Assembly (NCBI GenBank): GCA_000165425.1
Contig: CT868041.1
Span: forward strand, 124,001 to 188,000
Direction of reading: 5' to 3'
Source: Paramecium tetraurelia
Lineage: Eukaryota
Length of the DNA stretch: 64,000 bases
Under the pieces are notes generated by a model. The model was given only the letters and a program-made list of their open reading frames with translations, searched no databases and was not told where the DNA came from. The position numbers were made by a program, and so were the translations under genes. Below, one piece after another: positions 1 through 13,257 of this stretch. The stretch's first letter is position 1. Each line of letters begins with the position of its first letter.

Positions 1-1434
1 CTCCTTTCTAACTTAAGGTGAACCTTTATAGATTACTTTCTTAATAGAGGGAGCCCATTTTTCAAACTCATTAGCCCAATTACTTAAAGTTGACAATGGG
101 ACTATGATAAAGAAAGGACCAAAGTTTTTCTTGGTCTCTATCAAATAACATAACAAAGAGATTGTTTAAATGGTCTTACCCAAACCCATTTCATCTGCTA
201 GTATGCCGTTTAAACTATTATTGTATAAACTCACTAGCCAATCCAATCCCTAAACTTAATACTGTTTCAACTATCCTCCTTCCAATAACATAGGCTATTT
301 AGTCACAACTTCTTTAATACGATGAGTAATATTGTAATATACTTTGTTTGCTTAATTGAGTTCATAACCCAAATTATTACTAGCATTGTTGTTATCTACA
401 ACTTCATCCTCTTCATTTTTCTCTTCCCCTTTCTATATCTTGACCTTGGCTCCTATATCTTTTAAAAATTGATCTGTTTATCTTAAAATAGATACAACTC
501 TTTCCTTTTTTGCTTCATCAAGTTTTTCCAATTTTTAGATATAAGTCACCATATCACCTTATTTGATGTCCTTCATTCTCATTTACTTATCAATCTGCTA
601 TTGTTTTTGATCCTTCTACTCCAAAACAACCTTAAATTAAACACTACGCTTTCTAGCATGTTTATATTTCTTTCTATGGAACTCCATAAATTCAATTTGA
701 TGTGCAAATATTGCTTGCATAAATTCCTTTTATTTGATCTTCTTCCTTCTTGCTTGTTCATGTTTTATCATGCTTAATTCAAATTTGTCAGATAGTTTAT
801 TTTCTGGCCTTCTTGACGGTTTATCCCTTTTAAAATAATTTCTATCAAGTAACAACCTCTCTAACATTCTAGATTGCAGAACAGTCTGGTTTTCCTCTTG
901 TAGAAGTGGATTAATAATGGCCTCTTTCATTTTGAGATAAAATTCCTTAGAATTGATAAAGAGCAACTCAATTTTTAAGGTCAAATATTTAGGGTCATTT
1001 TAGTGAGTTTTCTTTAGCTCCTACTCTATGTCCTACTTCCTCTTCTCCACATATCCTTACATTCGATCACTAAATATAGTTGTATCCTTATTATGTATAG
1101 GGAATTATGCTTACATCTTAATTCAGATCCAATTTAAGTTTTGGATAGCGGTCTCTGAATATGGATTTCAGTTCCTCATTTTTATCAATTTTATCATGAA
1201 AATAGCGAATGGAATTTTAGAATATCTTTTCCCTTTCTACTTCCCACTACTCTTTAGGGTAAGGGAACATTTATTTTTCATTTTCAATCTGGTTATTTCT
1301 AAAGAGTCACTATCAATCTTACCTTTAAACTTGCTTGTAGCAAATCATTTGCTACCTCAACAGGTATACTTATTTTTCATCTTAATTCTAAATAAATATA
1401 AATGAATATTTACATAATCTGCTTCTTATTACAT
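1..1434 (-). CDS. Brahma/BRG1-type SNF2 chromatin-remodelling ATPase (5' part; runs off the window start)
   Basis: Code-6 translation gives a QLQ-like segment ([18 protein letters not shown]), a charged HSA-like helix, then SNF2 motifs [16 protein letters not shown] and [26 protein letters not shown]. Tiny introns are present, e.g. 1299-1322. Confidence 0.93.
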
Positions 1435-1847
1435 TTTAAATGATTTCTTAATCTAATGCTAAAATTTATATATTTTATGTATAAATGATCATCATTAAAT
1501 ACTAACAAATTTAAATCTCGAGTCCAAAAAAAGTACTTCAAAACTTTTCCCCATTATATTTATATATAGAATCAGTGGTATAGAAGATAAAATTATTTTA
1601 ATTGTCATATTTGCAATTTAAGAGGCATTTTAAATTATATTACTTTAAGACTAATAATTAGAATTGAGAATAGAAAACTGAAATTAATGAAGATATCGAT
1701 GTAATATCACACTTTAATGTAAATTTAAATTAATTTTTTGATATAAATAAAAAAAATAAAATCTAGACCGAATAATTTAATATTCTTCTATTCTTCTCAA
1801 ATATATGAATACAAAATTATATATATGATATATTTATTTTTGATAAA

Positions 1848-3516
1848 TCAAATCTCAATCTTCTTAACTTTCTCACCAAGGTCTGGGACTTCTTATGCTA
1901 TAACTTTGAGTTTGTCTTTATTTTAAAGCAATTCAGCTGTGTTCATTTTATTTGTTTTCTTTTTAATCTTACCTTACTTCTCCTCAATCTGACTTTTCAA
2001 TATATCAGCATGCCTTAAATTTACTTCTTTAATATACTATTTATTATTCTTAATATTGATACATCAAATTTCTTTTTCTCATGATCATTATAATTATCCA
2101 AATCTTGCTTCCAGATTTCAGCTTATCTTTTATTTAACTCTTCTTCTTCTTCCTATCTTCTCTTTTTTTCCTCTATTTAAGAATTTAAGAATGATCTTAA
2201 TTATTATCTTTAATCTAATTATTTAACCTTCTTTTTATCCTCTTCAATTTTCTCCCTTTCATTTTATGCTATAATATTCCTTAACATTTTCTCATCCTCC
2301 TATCTTATTAATTCCTTTTAATCTCTCACAACCCCCTCTGCAAACATCCCCATAACTTTTTTCATCTTCTCTTCTCTCTATTTCCTTTCCAAATCTCTTT
2401 GTTCCTCCAATTGATTTTGCAAATTAATGTATTGCTATTACATCTAGGTTTCAGCCTCCTTCTCTAATTTAGCATCCTCTAATGCCTTTTTTCTATACTC
2501 CTCATTCTCCTTCATCATCCTCAAGAACCTCTCTCTCTCTTTATTTCTTCTATTGAGTTATTCTCTCTATTCCAATTCCAATTCCTCTCTAATCTTCTTC
2601 ACAAGTAAACTATCAAGTTCTTTCTCCTTCTTTTATTCTTACTTTCTAAATAATATCTTTTTTAGTTTAATACTTCCTTTGCTATTCATCTCTTACTTAT
2701 TTGTCTCTCTATAGTTTTTCATTGAATATTTTGCCCTTAAGATTATCCTATTTCTCTTTTTCTCTTTGATCATAAACATTCAATTAATAATGATGTAATT
2801 TAACATAAGCATCTTCATCCTAAACCTCCTCATGCTTTTTGTTTTGTTTCTCATTTAATTATCTATCCAATTCATTCTTTATCTTCTTTTTGAATTCTTG
2901 TTTCCTAACATTCTCCAGTTCCTTCTCCTTCTTGTATAATTCAGTGTCGAACTTCACCAAAGTAGCCCACTCATCATCCTCATCACCTTCCATCATATAC
3001 ACAGATTTTGGAGCCTTATTACATCATACATATGAATGAGTACTTTAGATGATATTTCTGAATGCCCATCCTAGTTATACTATTACAACTATTATTGTTA
3101 TTAATTTGATTTTCTAGATTGACTACTAGGAGGCTTTTGTTATGGAGCACCTTGTGCTTGCTATTATTGAGTGACTTATATTATTCATAACAACGCAATA
3201 CCTTGGGATTCCTATATTGATTTTTCAGCTTATGACTATGTAGTTGATCCTGCATTTTGAATTGCTTATTAAACTTATTATTTTAGAGATTTCAAAGTTA
3301 CATCAGTCACCCTGGTTTTTGTAAAATAATCGTTCACTATTTGAGTGATTATCTATTCTCTAAAATGTAAGTTACTTATATTTTGTTTTTGTTGTTCTTA
3401 CCGAAATCTTTGATAAATCTTTCCAAAACTGTCTGCTTTAATTGTTCCCTTTACTACTATATAAGTGCCTTGTCAATAGTTTCCTTCTTCTTCGATTCAT
3501 TAGTCACTGTGCTCAT
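1848..3516 (-). CDS. E/K/Q/R-rich coiled-coil protein (trichohyalin/TPH-like, possibly ciliary)
   Basis: ATG at 3516 (MSTVTNESKKKE), long charged helical ORF including DEWATLVKFDTELYKKEKELE, ending KIEI-TGA at 1848-1850. Confidence 0.75.
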
Positions 3517-3811
3517 TATAATATTTAATAAAATTAATTAATAATTCATCTCTCCACATCAGTGTTTATCAATTTTGAAATCTCTCCATAACGACGCATA
3601 ACCTCTATTCCAGATTCAGTTCTATTATCATTTAATTTACTAAGCAAACTTGCCATAAACATACTATTTGAATGTGCAATGTTGATAAACTCTCTTGATT
3701 CGTGGTAAACCACTTATAAGTAGAGTGATTTTGCATTTCAGATGATAGAGAAAATAATTTATCATATACAAGTAGAAAATAATTGTTATTTATTTATAAA
3801 TTGTTTGTTAA

Positions 3812-5239
3812 ATGGAATAATTTGATTCATTCAATCCGGTTAGTATTAGAAACATTCTTGTCAAGATCGAAAATATTGGTTTCATCAGTCCTAATAAATA
3901 GATTAGCTTATATTCCAACGTTCTGATGATGTGTCATGACTTAATCGTTTAATTCATTAAATCTAAATAATAATCTCTGATTTGCTTCTTTATCGAATTC
4001 ACAGTAAAGCATAAACAATATCATTTTAGTTTTAAAAGTATCAATCAAAAAGCAAAACGTATGAGATTTTCAATTCTTACCTCAATTCGTTAGAATAGCA
4101 TAATACTAAATTATCGGCTATATTTTTATATTTATTCTAAACTGATTAATGTAGGAACAATGCTTTACTCTATTAAAAATGCAATCAAACAATGAGAGAT
4201 TTCACAAAAATAAAAAAGGAATAACAATTAGATGATGTGACCCTCAAATTTAATGATATCATAACTATATCTTAATTGATTTTTGATGACATTACTGTTG
4301 ATCAAATCATTCATCTTCTGACTGATGAAGTTATGAAAAACTCGCAGACTCTTAATCCTCTACTTGAGTAATCATATTGTTTCACACCTATAGGATCTCT
4401 GCAAGTCATTTGATCTAACTTTTAATCCTCTACAAATAGGCCTCAGCCAATTCCAGACCCTTTTCAACACCTAAAAGGAGTCCCAAAAAGGATTAAAAAA
4501 GTTAGAGTCCAAAATTACAAGGATTTTACAGATGGGGATCTCCATTCTTTAGTTAAAATGAATTTTACAAGAACCCTTTAAATTAGAGATTATTAGAGGA
4601 CTTAGAACAATAAGCCAAAAAATATCCTAAAACTAGATTATTAAACAGCCAATATAATTATTACAGTCCCTTAACACCCAATAAAACAAGATCTGATTTC
4701 GAATCTAAAGACTCCGTAGTTTCTGATTTCATCAAGATAAAGAGCAATGACAACTCGAAAAAATAGAGTCCCTCTGTGATTTATCATACAGAAAGCAGTT
4801 TCAGTGAAAAGAAATAAGATCCAAGTAATTGAATCGTCATATTCCTCTAGTCAAATAAAGTGGTTGTCTATATAACTATGAAGTCCCACAGACACAATAG
4901 GAATTATTGAAAATTATTCAAATGTACTCAATTTAGTACTTCGATCCATCAATAGAACTTCCATAACCATTGGATGTTAAGATTAGTTATGAGCATTTGA
5001 TTGATCTTTACACAGAGTTAGAGTAAGAAGTGACATTTAGAAAAACAACTTATAGAGCTAAGCAATATTTTGCTTCAATAGACCCAAGATACTTATAGAT
5101 AAATAAAAGTAATTTATTGTGAATTATGTTATCAGATGAAAAGATTGAGGCAATTTCCTAAGTGGAAGGATGGATATTAGGAAAGAATGAATTTGGACAT
5201 ATAGGATGTTGTGCCGATTCTTATATCTAAAAATTATGA
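3812..5239 (+). CDS. Hypothetical protein with C-terminal SH3-like domain
   Basis: Multi-exon ORF (introns 4004-4029, ~4368-4393, ~4825-4850, ~5109-5135) ending YRAKQYFASIDPRYLQINKNEKIEAISQVEGWILGKNEFGHIGCCADSYIQKL-TGA, an SH3-like pattern. One frame break near 4117-4154 has no GT donor. Confidence 0.65.
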
Positions 5240-5308
5240 ATTATATATTAAAATTCTTATAATTTGTTTAATTAAATTAGATTAATAAGAGAAAATAAAT
5301 AACAACAT

Positions 5309-6647
5309 TCAATTAAGCGTTTAAACCTTATAGAATTGCATTTCTTATTTGGTAAGTTGAATTCTTTTCCCTTTCTCATCAATTAATGGATGTCCATCTT
5401 GAGTGAGTATGAATCCATTTTCATCTATTTGGTAGATTAACTCTTCGTCATCATCTTCATCTTCCTGTATGACAGACATTCCCTAGGCTAAAATAAATTA
5501 AATGATTTGTCTTACATTTAAGAAGATTAAATTCCTTTTTATTTGATTGTTGTTAACCGGAATCTTGAATAACAATGTCATCCAGACTATCTAGCATATC
5601 TTATTCATTGAGATTTTTAAATGGAGAATCTTATTTTTCGAAACTCTAATAATCCTTTCTTTTTGTGATTATTGTTTTTAATGAAGATGGCATATTTTCA
5701 TGATTAAGATCTTTTCTAATTTGATTTGATGCATTTAATAAGGTTAGTTCAGATTAAAGGATTTCTATTTCTTGTATTTCACTATTTGATTAATTGTTTG
5801 AATTCAAAAGAATACTAATCTGCTCAGGCAATTTAAGATCATTAGTTTTTTGATTGATGGATTCATAACTAAATTTTTTGATGTATAGATCCGAGTTTAT
5901 AATAGAATTATTATTATATTCCAATTTATCTTAATGTTCTTATTATTAATTCTCTTTTCCGCTGGAAGATAGTTGAACTTTTGTTAGATTCGAGAATTAA
6001 TTAATTTATTAAGTAAGTTTGGCAATTTCTGCCTCCACATGCTTAAAATCAGACTATTATTATTTTTAAATTTTATTGAAAATTTCATTACATTTACTAT
6101 TAATTTACTATTTTAATTAATTTTTAATTTAACATAATTATGTTTCATAATCTTGCTCTTTCTTTCTCTCTTGATGCATTATAATTTATTATTATTGATG
6201 CAGAATTTCAATTTATTTATTTTATTGCTCAATTAATTTTAAGAATTCTTCTCTCTGACTTTTTAGTGCTTCATCAATGTAAGATGTGCATTATAATAGA
6301 TTGGCATTTGAACAAGTATTTTAATTGGTTTATGAAATTTGAATGCTGCTTGATTTACTTTGTCCATCACTTTGTAGTTGTGATTTCACTCCTTTAGTGA
6401 TTAATTGCTATTTAATTATAGCATCTCTCTCTTTTAATTGCTGTTGGGGATCCCAAACTAATGAGATGAATGAGACATATACAGATTTTATTTTTGGCTT
6501 ATGGCTATTTGGAATTGGATGTTGTCTATTGGTAGCATTATTATCTGTTTATTTGTTCTTAACTTAATTAATTGTGTTACAGGTTATGATTTAATTTTGA
6601 TGCAACGGACTGGATGAAACTGGAGATAGTCTAGGTTACTAATGCAT
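5309..6647 (-). CDS. Hypothetical Q-rich coiled-coil protein
   Basis: Starts MHQQPRLSPVSSSPL; introns 6558-6580 and 6458-6482; C-terminus DDDEELIYQIDENGFILTQDGHPLIDEKGKRIQL...TLN-TGA. Confidence 0.7.
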
Positions 6648-6733
6648 GAGATAAAACTTAAAATTTGAAATTTATTTATTTATTATAGCAATTTATATGT
6701 ATTCTGTGTTGATGTCGACATTTAATTAATTTA

Positions 6734-7635
6734 ATGAGGAATTTAATGACTCTAACTCAAGATAAGAGTAGTAGATAGTACCCCAGATTGCTTGCTAGTG
6801 AAGGTTCAGAGAACCAGAAGGTTAAGTTCTAGAAAATTGAAATGCTGGATAAGTTTTTGAGAAAAGTAGAAACCAGCTTCGTTCTAAAGAGTTTGCATAA
6901 GACAAATAGTGAGATACATAGTTTCAGATTAATTAAGATCCAGGATGCTCCATTTAGATAAAGAAGGAAAAGTGAGTGTGATGGAGTCGTCTCTGAAAAA
7001 ATTGTACTTTTTTAAATTATGGAAAGCAAAACATAGATATGAAGTACCCAAAAACAACAATTGAGCAACACCAATTTCTAGATAGAGTCAAAGACTTACG
7101 CAGAAGAGCCATAAAGGGAAGAATGAAGACCAAATTTTAGAAATCTTTCAAGAAAATAGATACAACCAAACCTAGCTAATTCAATCCGCAACATCAACAC
7201 ACTATGTCAACTCGCGATTCCATTTTCGGGAGTTTGCAAGACATCAAAGTATACAGGACCTTTGCCAAAGATCGCCCTTACTATTAACGACCATTGGAGA
7301 AAAAAGGCTCTGACTTAATGTCTGATTCCCCCAGCACACCTAGCTTTCATATTCGAAGAGTAACATAGAAATTAGGCTTCGCTTCAAAATAATAATAGTT
7401 TGTACTGCTATAATTGAACAAGTACAACCCCAAAATTTTTGAACAATTAAAGAAAGATTCCATACTTAAGATCCTTTCAGAAACTAAAGAAACCTAGCCT
7501 TAAACTCCTGCTCCTCCTTAAACTGCCTCCACAATCTAACACAAATTTTAACCTTATTTTTGTCATCATAAGACTATGAATCTAAAAAAATCTTGCATCG
7601 CCTCTTCTTCTTAAAGACTTAAGACGGTGTTCTGA
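6734..7635 (+). CDS. Hypothetical basic/low-complexity protein
   Basis: ATG 6734, one 23-nt intron near 7003-7025, open to TGA 7633-7635 in code 6. No recognisable domain. Confidence 0.65.
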
Positions 7636-8319
7636 TAATCTTTATTGATCATATATATATAAAGATTAAATTAAGTATCAATTAACATAACTCTTGCTTT
7701 TTCCGCTGTCAAGAATATTTCTTTACTTTTCTTATAATGTTACCAAAAATTATACTACATCTGATCTATTATCTATTTAAATTAATAGAATATATCTATC
7801 ACAGATATTAATGACTTTATTAAATTTATGAATATCATTCATTTCAGACTAAGATTTTCTATATATATATATAAATCACTTAAAGCTGTTGTCTATTACC
7901 AGAACTAAGTTTTGTGATTATAGCCATCATTGATTAATCGGATATTGTACTTCTAGGATTAGAAGGGATAGAATTTATTGTTTCTAAATATAGCAATAAT
8001 ATCATTCGGTTTTTAATTATTTATCATTTAATAAAAACTATAAATAAACATTTAATAATAATTAACTGGTAATGAAATACTCCTCTGATTTGCTAATTAT
8101 CCTAATAATAACAATTTAATTGTGGTAAAATACTCAATTGGGATTTCATTATTTCAAGATTATTAGATAATTTAATTCACCTTATATTTTCATATTTTAT
8201 TAATTTGTATAAAATCTATATCAGTTTATAATATTTAAACATTCAATTAACAATAAGTTAATGTAACTAAGATCTTCGAACCGGTTACAATGGGACACTT
8301 CTTGGAGAATCATTAAAAA

Positions 8320-9220
8320 TCAATTCTGAATATTATTTATATTTTAAAGGCTTAACTTTGACTTTCCTTCCTCTCTAAGTTGCATGAATTCTATTTAAAT
8401 CCACTTCCTTTGGATGTTCTTAAAGGGCAGATTCCGATTGCCTTGAAGTAGAAATAGATGTCAGTTTGCAGGGACTCCTTTTCTTAGAGGTAATCTATTT
8501 AGAATATTCGATTCCTGCTACTCCTTTGAGATTAAGTGTGTAAATCGCATTATGTTAACGAATTAACGCTTTAATTCTTTCGCACTCTTTTTTAGTGCTG
8601 CTAGATTGCCTTTAAAATAGTTGTCACATCATATACTTCAAATAGTCATCATGTTTTTATTCAACAATAAATTCCTTTCTAATCTTAGGGTCAAGCATTT
8701 TAATATAGTTAGCAATCTTCGAAGATGCTCCAACGAAATTCTTGTACCTACCCAAACTAGAAGGATCAAAAATTAATTCATTAAAGTTAGGTCTACTCTA
8801 TTAAGATGATAAATACAATTTCCCTTCGTATTCCGCCAATTGACAATACAAACGAATTTTAGTATTGTTCATCTTAGACATCTATTCGACATGTAACTTT
8901 GAATCAAATTACATATTCTAATCAGTATTGGTTTCTGCATTACTAAAAGAACAAGCTTTATTGCTAAAATACATAATTAACTATAAAATTAATCATTATT
9001 TTTTTAATGTCATTCTTTATTTGCTATTATATCTCTGATTGATTTTTCTGGTCCTTTCCCTCCCCCTTCCTAATTTTACTATATCCTAGAAATAAATAAC
9101 TAGATAGTACAACACACTATCAAACCACTGTAATTTGTAAAAATGAAGGGATGATACAAAACTCAGACTCTTTTCATATTCCTCGATCCTATTAGAATGA
9201 TTAAGAACTTACGATAACAT
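8320..9220 (-). CDS. Hypothetical protein (ends and exon structure uncertain)
   Basis: Coding-like frame (LYCQLAEYEGKLYL...YIKMLDPKIRKEF) with tiny introns, including 8610-8636. The 5' exon joins are not fully resolved. Confidence 0.45.
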
Positions 9221-9455
9221 CCATTTTAATAAATAGTATAAAGATAATAATCCCTTATAATGAGTTCTATTCAATAGGTTATTATCTTATTATATATTAG
9301 AAATAGAAATGTTTTAAGTTTCTTATATTTTTTGTCTTACTCCAGAAATATTAAGTTATTTAGACAATGAGATCCACATGGATAAGTACTGGAGATAAGG
9401 AGGTGTTTAAATATATACATATAATTGAAAATAATTCATTTTCTGTTATATGATT

Positions 9456-12400
9456 TCAATTTTCTGCATTCCTAAGGGCTTCATCGAGTTTCTTTTCTTA
9501 TTAAGCAAAGGCATAACCAGTATATTTTCTATTTTTAATTGGTCTGATTGGCAGAAGTGCTGATGTATCTTCATAGACATCATCATCTTAGAATAGATTC
9601 TCGAATTTATCAGGAGGTATCAACGATGATGGAGGAGTGCTACCAAATCTTGACTTTTAAGATGAAGCAGGTTCTTGTATATCCCTGACTTTTTAGATTT
9701 CAAATAATTATTATTCCGAAAATATTGACCATCTTGAAAGTGCTAAATCAGAAACAAATGTTAACACTAATATTCCACTTAAAATGAAGTAAAATTAAAT
9801 ATTTGAAAACAAGTGGATGAAGGTATGTGATACTTCCAATTTATCTGTGAATTATGATAGAACCATATAGGTTAATAAATATACAAAGATAGATCCAAAT
9901 ATGAGGAGCACAGATCCAATAGAATTCATATAAGAGAAAACAAAGACCTTCAGATTCACTATTATGATTGCATAACAGAATACAGCCATGCCTACAGATG
10001 AAAGAAAGAGGATCCTCCCTTCTTTATCAATGCTGGTTTACTCCATTGATGGAAATACAGAATAAATGACAATAGCAGATTGCATTCCACCAGAGCAAAA
10101 CCAGAAAAAGAAGGTGAGTAATGTTACTTTGTTATTCGTTTGATATAACTATGGATCTAAGGATAGATATATAGAATACTTTATAATAGAAATTTAGATG
10201 AATATTGCTAATCTAAGATTGCATACGCCATTATAGGCAGACTCGTATAGAACATATTATAAAACTGATAAAGCCATGGATCATATAAATTAAGAGGTGA
10301 AAATCCATTGTAAAATGAGAACCAAAAGTGTGGTAATACAATAAGTAGATTTTTATAAAAGTTATATCCAACCAGAACTTGATTTCTTCTATAACATTCT
10401 CTTCCATGATAGAGTAGTAGTTATTGCAATATTCTAAATTCCCCAATTGAATAATCTGCTGCTCTTGCTGCTTAATTCCCTTCAACTCCTTTGATTCCTA
10501 TTCCAATGTTGGCTGCTGTTATCATATTCACATCATTGGCTCCATCTCCTACAGCCATAGTCACGATATTATAGATGTTATCCTTCACTAATTGCACTAA
10601 TTCTTACTTTTATTTGGGTGATACTCTGCAAGCTATAACAGTATGACATTATTTGGCCAATTCAATGAGTTTAATGAGATACTTTTCATCCAAATTAATT
10701 AATGAATCACCAGAAATAATCAAAGCTATTGGATGTAATTAGAATTATGATTTTAATAATTCTAAACCTTAATTTATCTTGAACTGTGCTTCAAATTAGT
10801 CATCTGCTTAAATTACAATTTTTTATTGTGAATCATTCAATAAATTACAAGCGTAACTTATATTAATAGCAGTTTCTAATTTATCTCCTGTTAATACCCA
10901 TATCTTAATCCCTGCATTCAATATCTTCTACATAGTATTACCAACATCATCTTATAACTTATCCTCGATCCCAGTACCACCGATCAAAACCAAATTGTTT
11001 TCTATTTGATCTTGCAAGTGTAACAACAATTCGTCTCTATTAACAGTCTACAAACCTGCCTACATATATTTACTGATCCATTCATCGTATTATGACTATG
11101 TTAAATTCTTTTAGGCCAACAATAAAGTTCTTAATCCCTTCTCAGCATATTATTCTAAATGTTACTCAGTGATTGACAACAGTTCCTAATTTTGTCTATT
11201 GGATTTATCAAGCAAGTGAATTATCATTGAATCAGCCCCTTTACATAACAACATAATTTGATCATTTTAATCTTAGACAATAACAGACATCCTCTTTCTT
11301 GCTGAACTAAACTCCAACACTTATAATAACTTATATTTTATTGACTAATCTTTATACTTTACAATCTACATTCCATCATCCGATCCAATATACTCAAATC
11401 CACAAAATTTAGCTCCCATCAGCAATGCTAATTCGTCTGGAGAAGAAGCATTATACTTGATTTGACCTTACTCATATTCCACTAACACGGTGTGACATAA
11501 CGTAAGATGCATAAAATATTCTACTATTCTTCTAGAGTGATCGTCATTCTAACTTAAATCATTGAAGAGTTGTTTGTCTCTAAAATCCACATTGGTCACT
11601 TAAGGCATGTGAATTAGATCATCACTGTTTAGTATTTAACTTCTATTGCAAACATTCCCGTAGGATTTACCAAATATTGATATGTTTTTGAACTCCATCA
11701 AATTCTTTGTAATAGTTCCAGTTTTGTCAGTGAACATATACTTGACATTACCCAACTCCTCATTAAGATTCGAAGTTTGCACTTCAGTAATATTATTTTA
11801 TGACTTACACTATTTATCATTTTCTATCATCATACCTTGTAAATATTTAACCTACACTAGATACCAAATTATTTTCATACCATCTCTAGAGTCACTAATA
11901 AAGATATCGGAACAAAATTAGTATAAATCAATAACCAAGTTCCCCATCTTTCCATTGTTCTCAGAACTATGTTAGTTTAAAGATCATTCTCGTCTAATTC
12001 CAAGTAGGGAATATCCATAAAATTATCTAACTACCAAAACACTGAATATTGAGCGGAAAACAAACAAATTACTAATTATCTATTTTAATCTCATGTTAAT
12101 TTACATAAAAAATACTAGAATAATAAAGAAATTCATCTATGATTCTAAAGTACTTGACTTAGGTCTGGCCTTAGTGGAATTCAACATTATCTTAGTGTCA
12201 AATCCTGTATAGACAACTAACCCATAAATCCAATGAGTGTTCCTCAATGAACATCCTCTAAGAATAAAATTGACTTCATCTAACTAATACACTTTTCTAT
12301 GTGCGGCATCATAATTAATAATGGAATCTCTAGACTAATCCCCATCACTGTGGTGATCCGGGGGCATTGTGATAGTACCATTGAATTTATACAGATATGG

Positions 12401-13144
12401 ATTCGGTTTGTCGTAATGGACTAAGATATGCTCTTTTTGTAACAGATGATCATTTAAATTTCTAGTGAACTAGAGACCTTTATGTTATTTCTTGACTTTG
12501 AGATTGGTTTCCCCATCGAGATTCTTGGTTTCTATGAAACATGTCCCTTTTTAACTAGTCTTGATGACTATGACATCTGCAGGAAAATATTCTCCTTATT
12601 CAATTCTGATGATATCTCCGACTAAGATCTATTGCCATTTCTTTTCAACCAACCCGTAAGGTGTCAACACTAAGGCTATACTTAATTAATTTATAATAAT
12701 TAATACCGATTGTTCTCATCTTGATCAGAGATCTACCTCTTGTGATCTTCTAAGAAGTCTTTGAATGCTGAAATTGCAATCACCACAAACAATGGGAACC
12801 ATATAACAGGTTACCCATCAGTAATTGAAACTAGATCGATGGTTTCCAGATATCCGACAATTAAAAAATAAATATTTGCCATTTTTGAAAATTATTCCAT
12901 TAAGTTCAAAGGGAGAAATGTCCATAAAGTATATTTGCAGGTTCTGATTGTGTTATCAGGTAATTCGTGATCTTAAATATTTGTAATGATAGTTCTATCT
13001 TGTTGTTAATGCCTTGATACCTTTCATGTCTCTCCAATTAGGCCTGGTTTTGAAACAACATCCTTAAAGTTCGTATCTATTGTCATATGGCAAGTATAAG
13101 GACCATGGATCTAGTTGGCCCAAATCACTTTGAGAGTTTTACAT
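9456..13144 (-). CDS. Phospholipid-transporting P4-ATPase (flippase)
   Basis: Motifs [15 protein letters not shown] (phosphorylation site), [48 protein letters not shown] and [10 protein letters not shown]; multiple C-terminal TM segments. Confidence 0.96.
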
Positions 13145-13257
13145 GGATTTTGTAATAATAATTTAAAAACGACATTATCTGAACAATGATGCAATTATTG
13201 AGTAATAAATGCGGAGTTCTTAATTAATATTGGATACACATTTTAACTAAATTTATT
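13145..13257. promoter_or_regulatory. Probable bidirectional promoter between flippase and ALAS
   Basis: 113-bp AT-rich gap between two divergent ATGs. Inferred from position only. Confidence 0.4.

Noticed and set aside
1028..1405. Hydrophobic F/L/I-rich standard-code ORFs (also 2839-3039, 48672-48956, 50159-50341, 58894-59082)
   Set aside because: They are antisense to K/E/Q-rich genes and are not real membrane proteins.
7640..8240. Possible small gene or ncRNA in an AT-rich gap
   Set aside because: No convincing ORF, snRNA/snoRNA box or stable structure was seen.
8610..8636. In-frame TGA as selenocysteine or readthrough (also 18231-18254, 23239-23265)
   Set aside because: Each TGA lies within a clean GT-AG 3n intron, and I recognised no SECIS element or selenoprotein motif.
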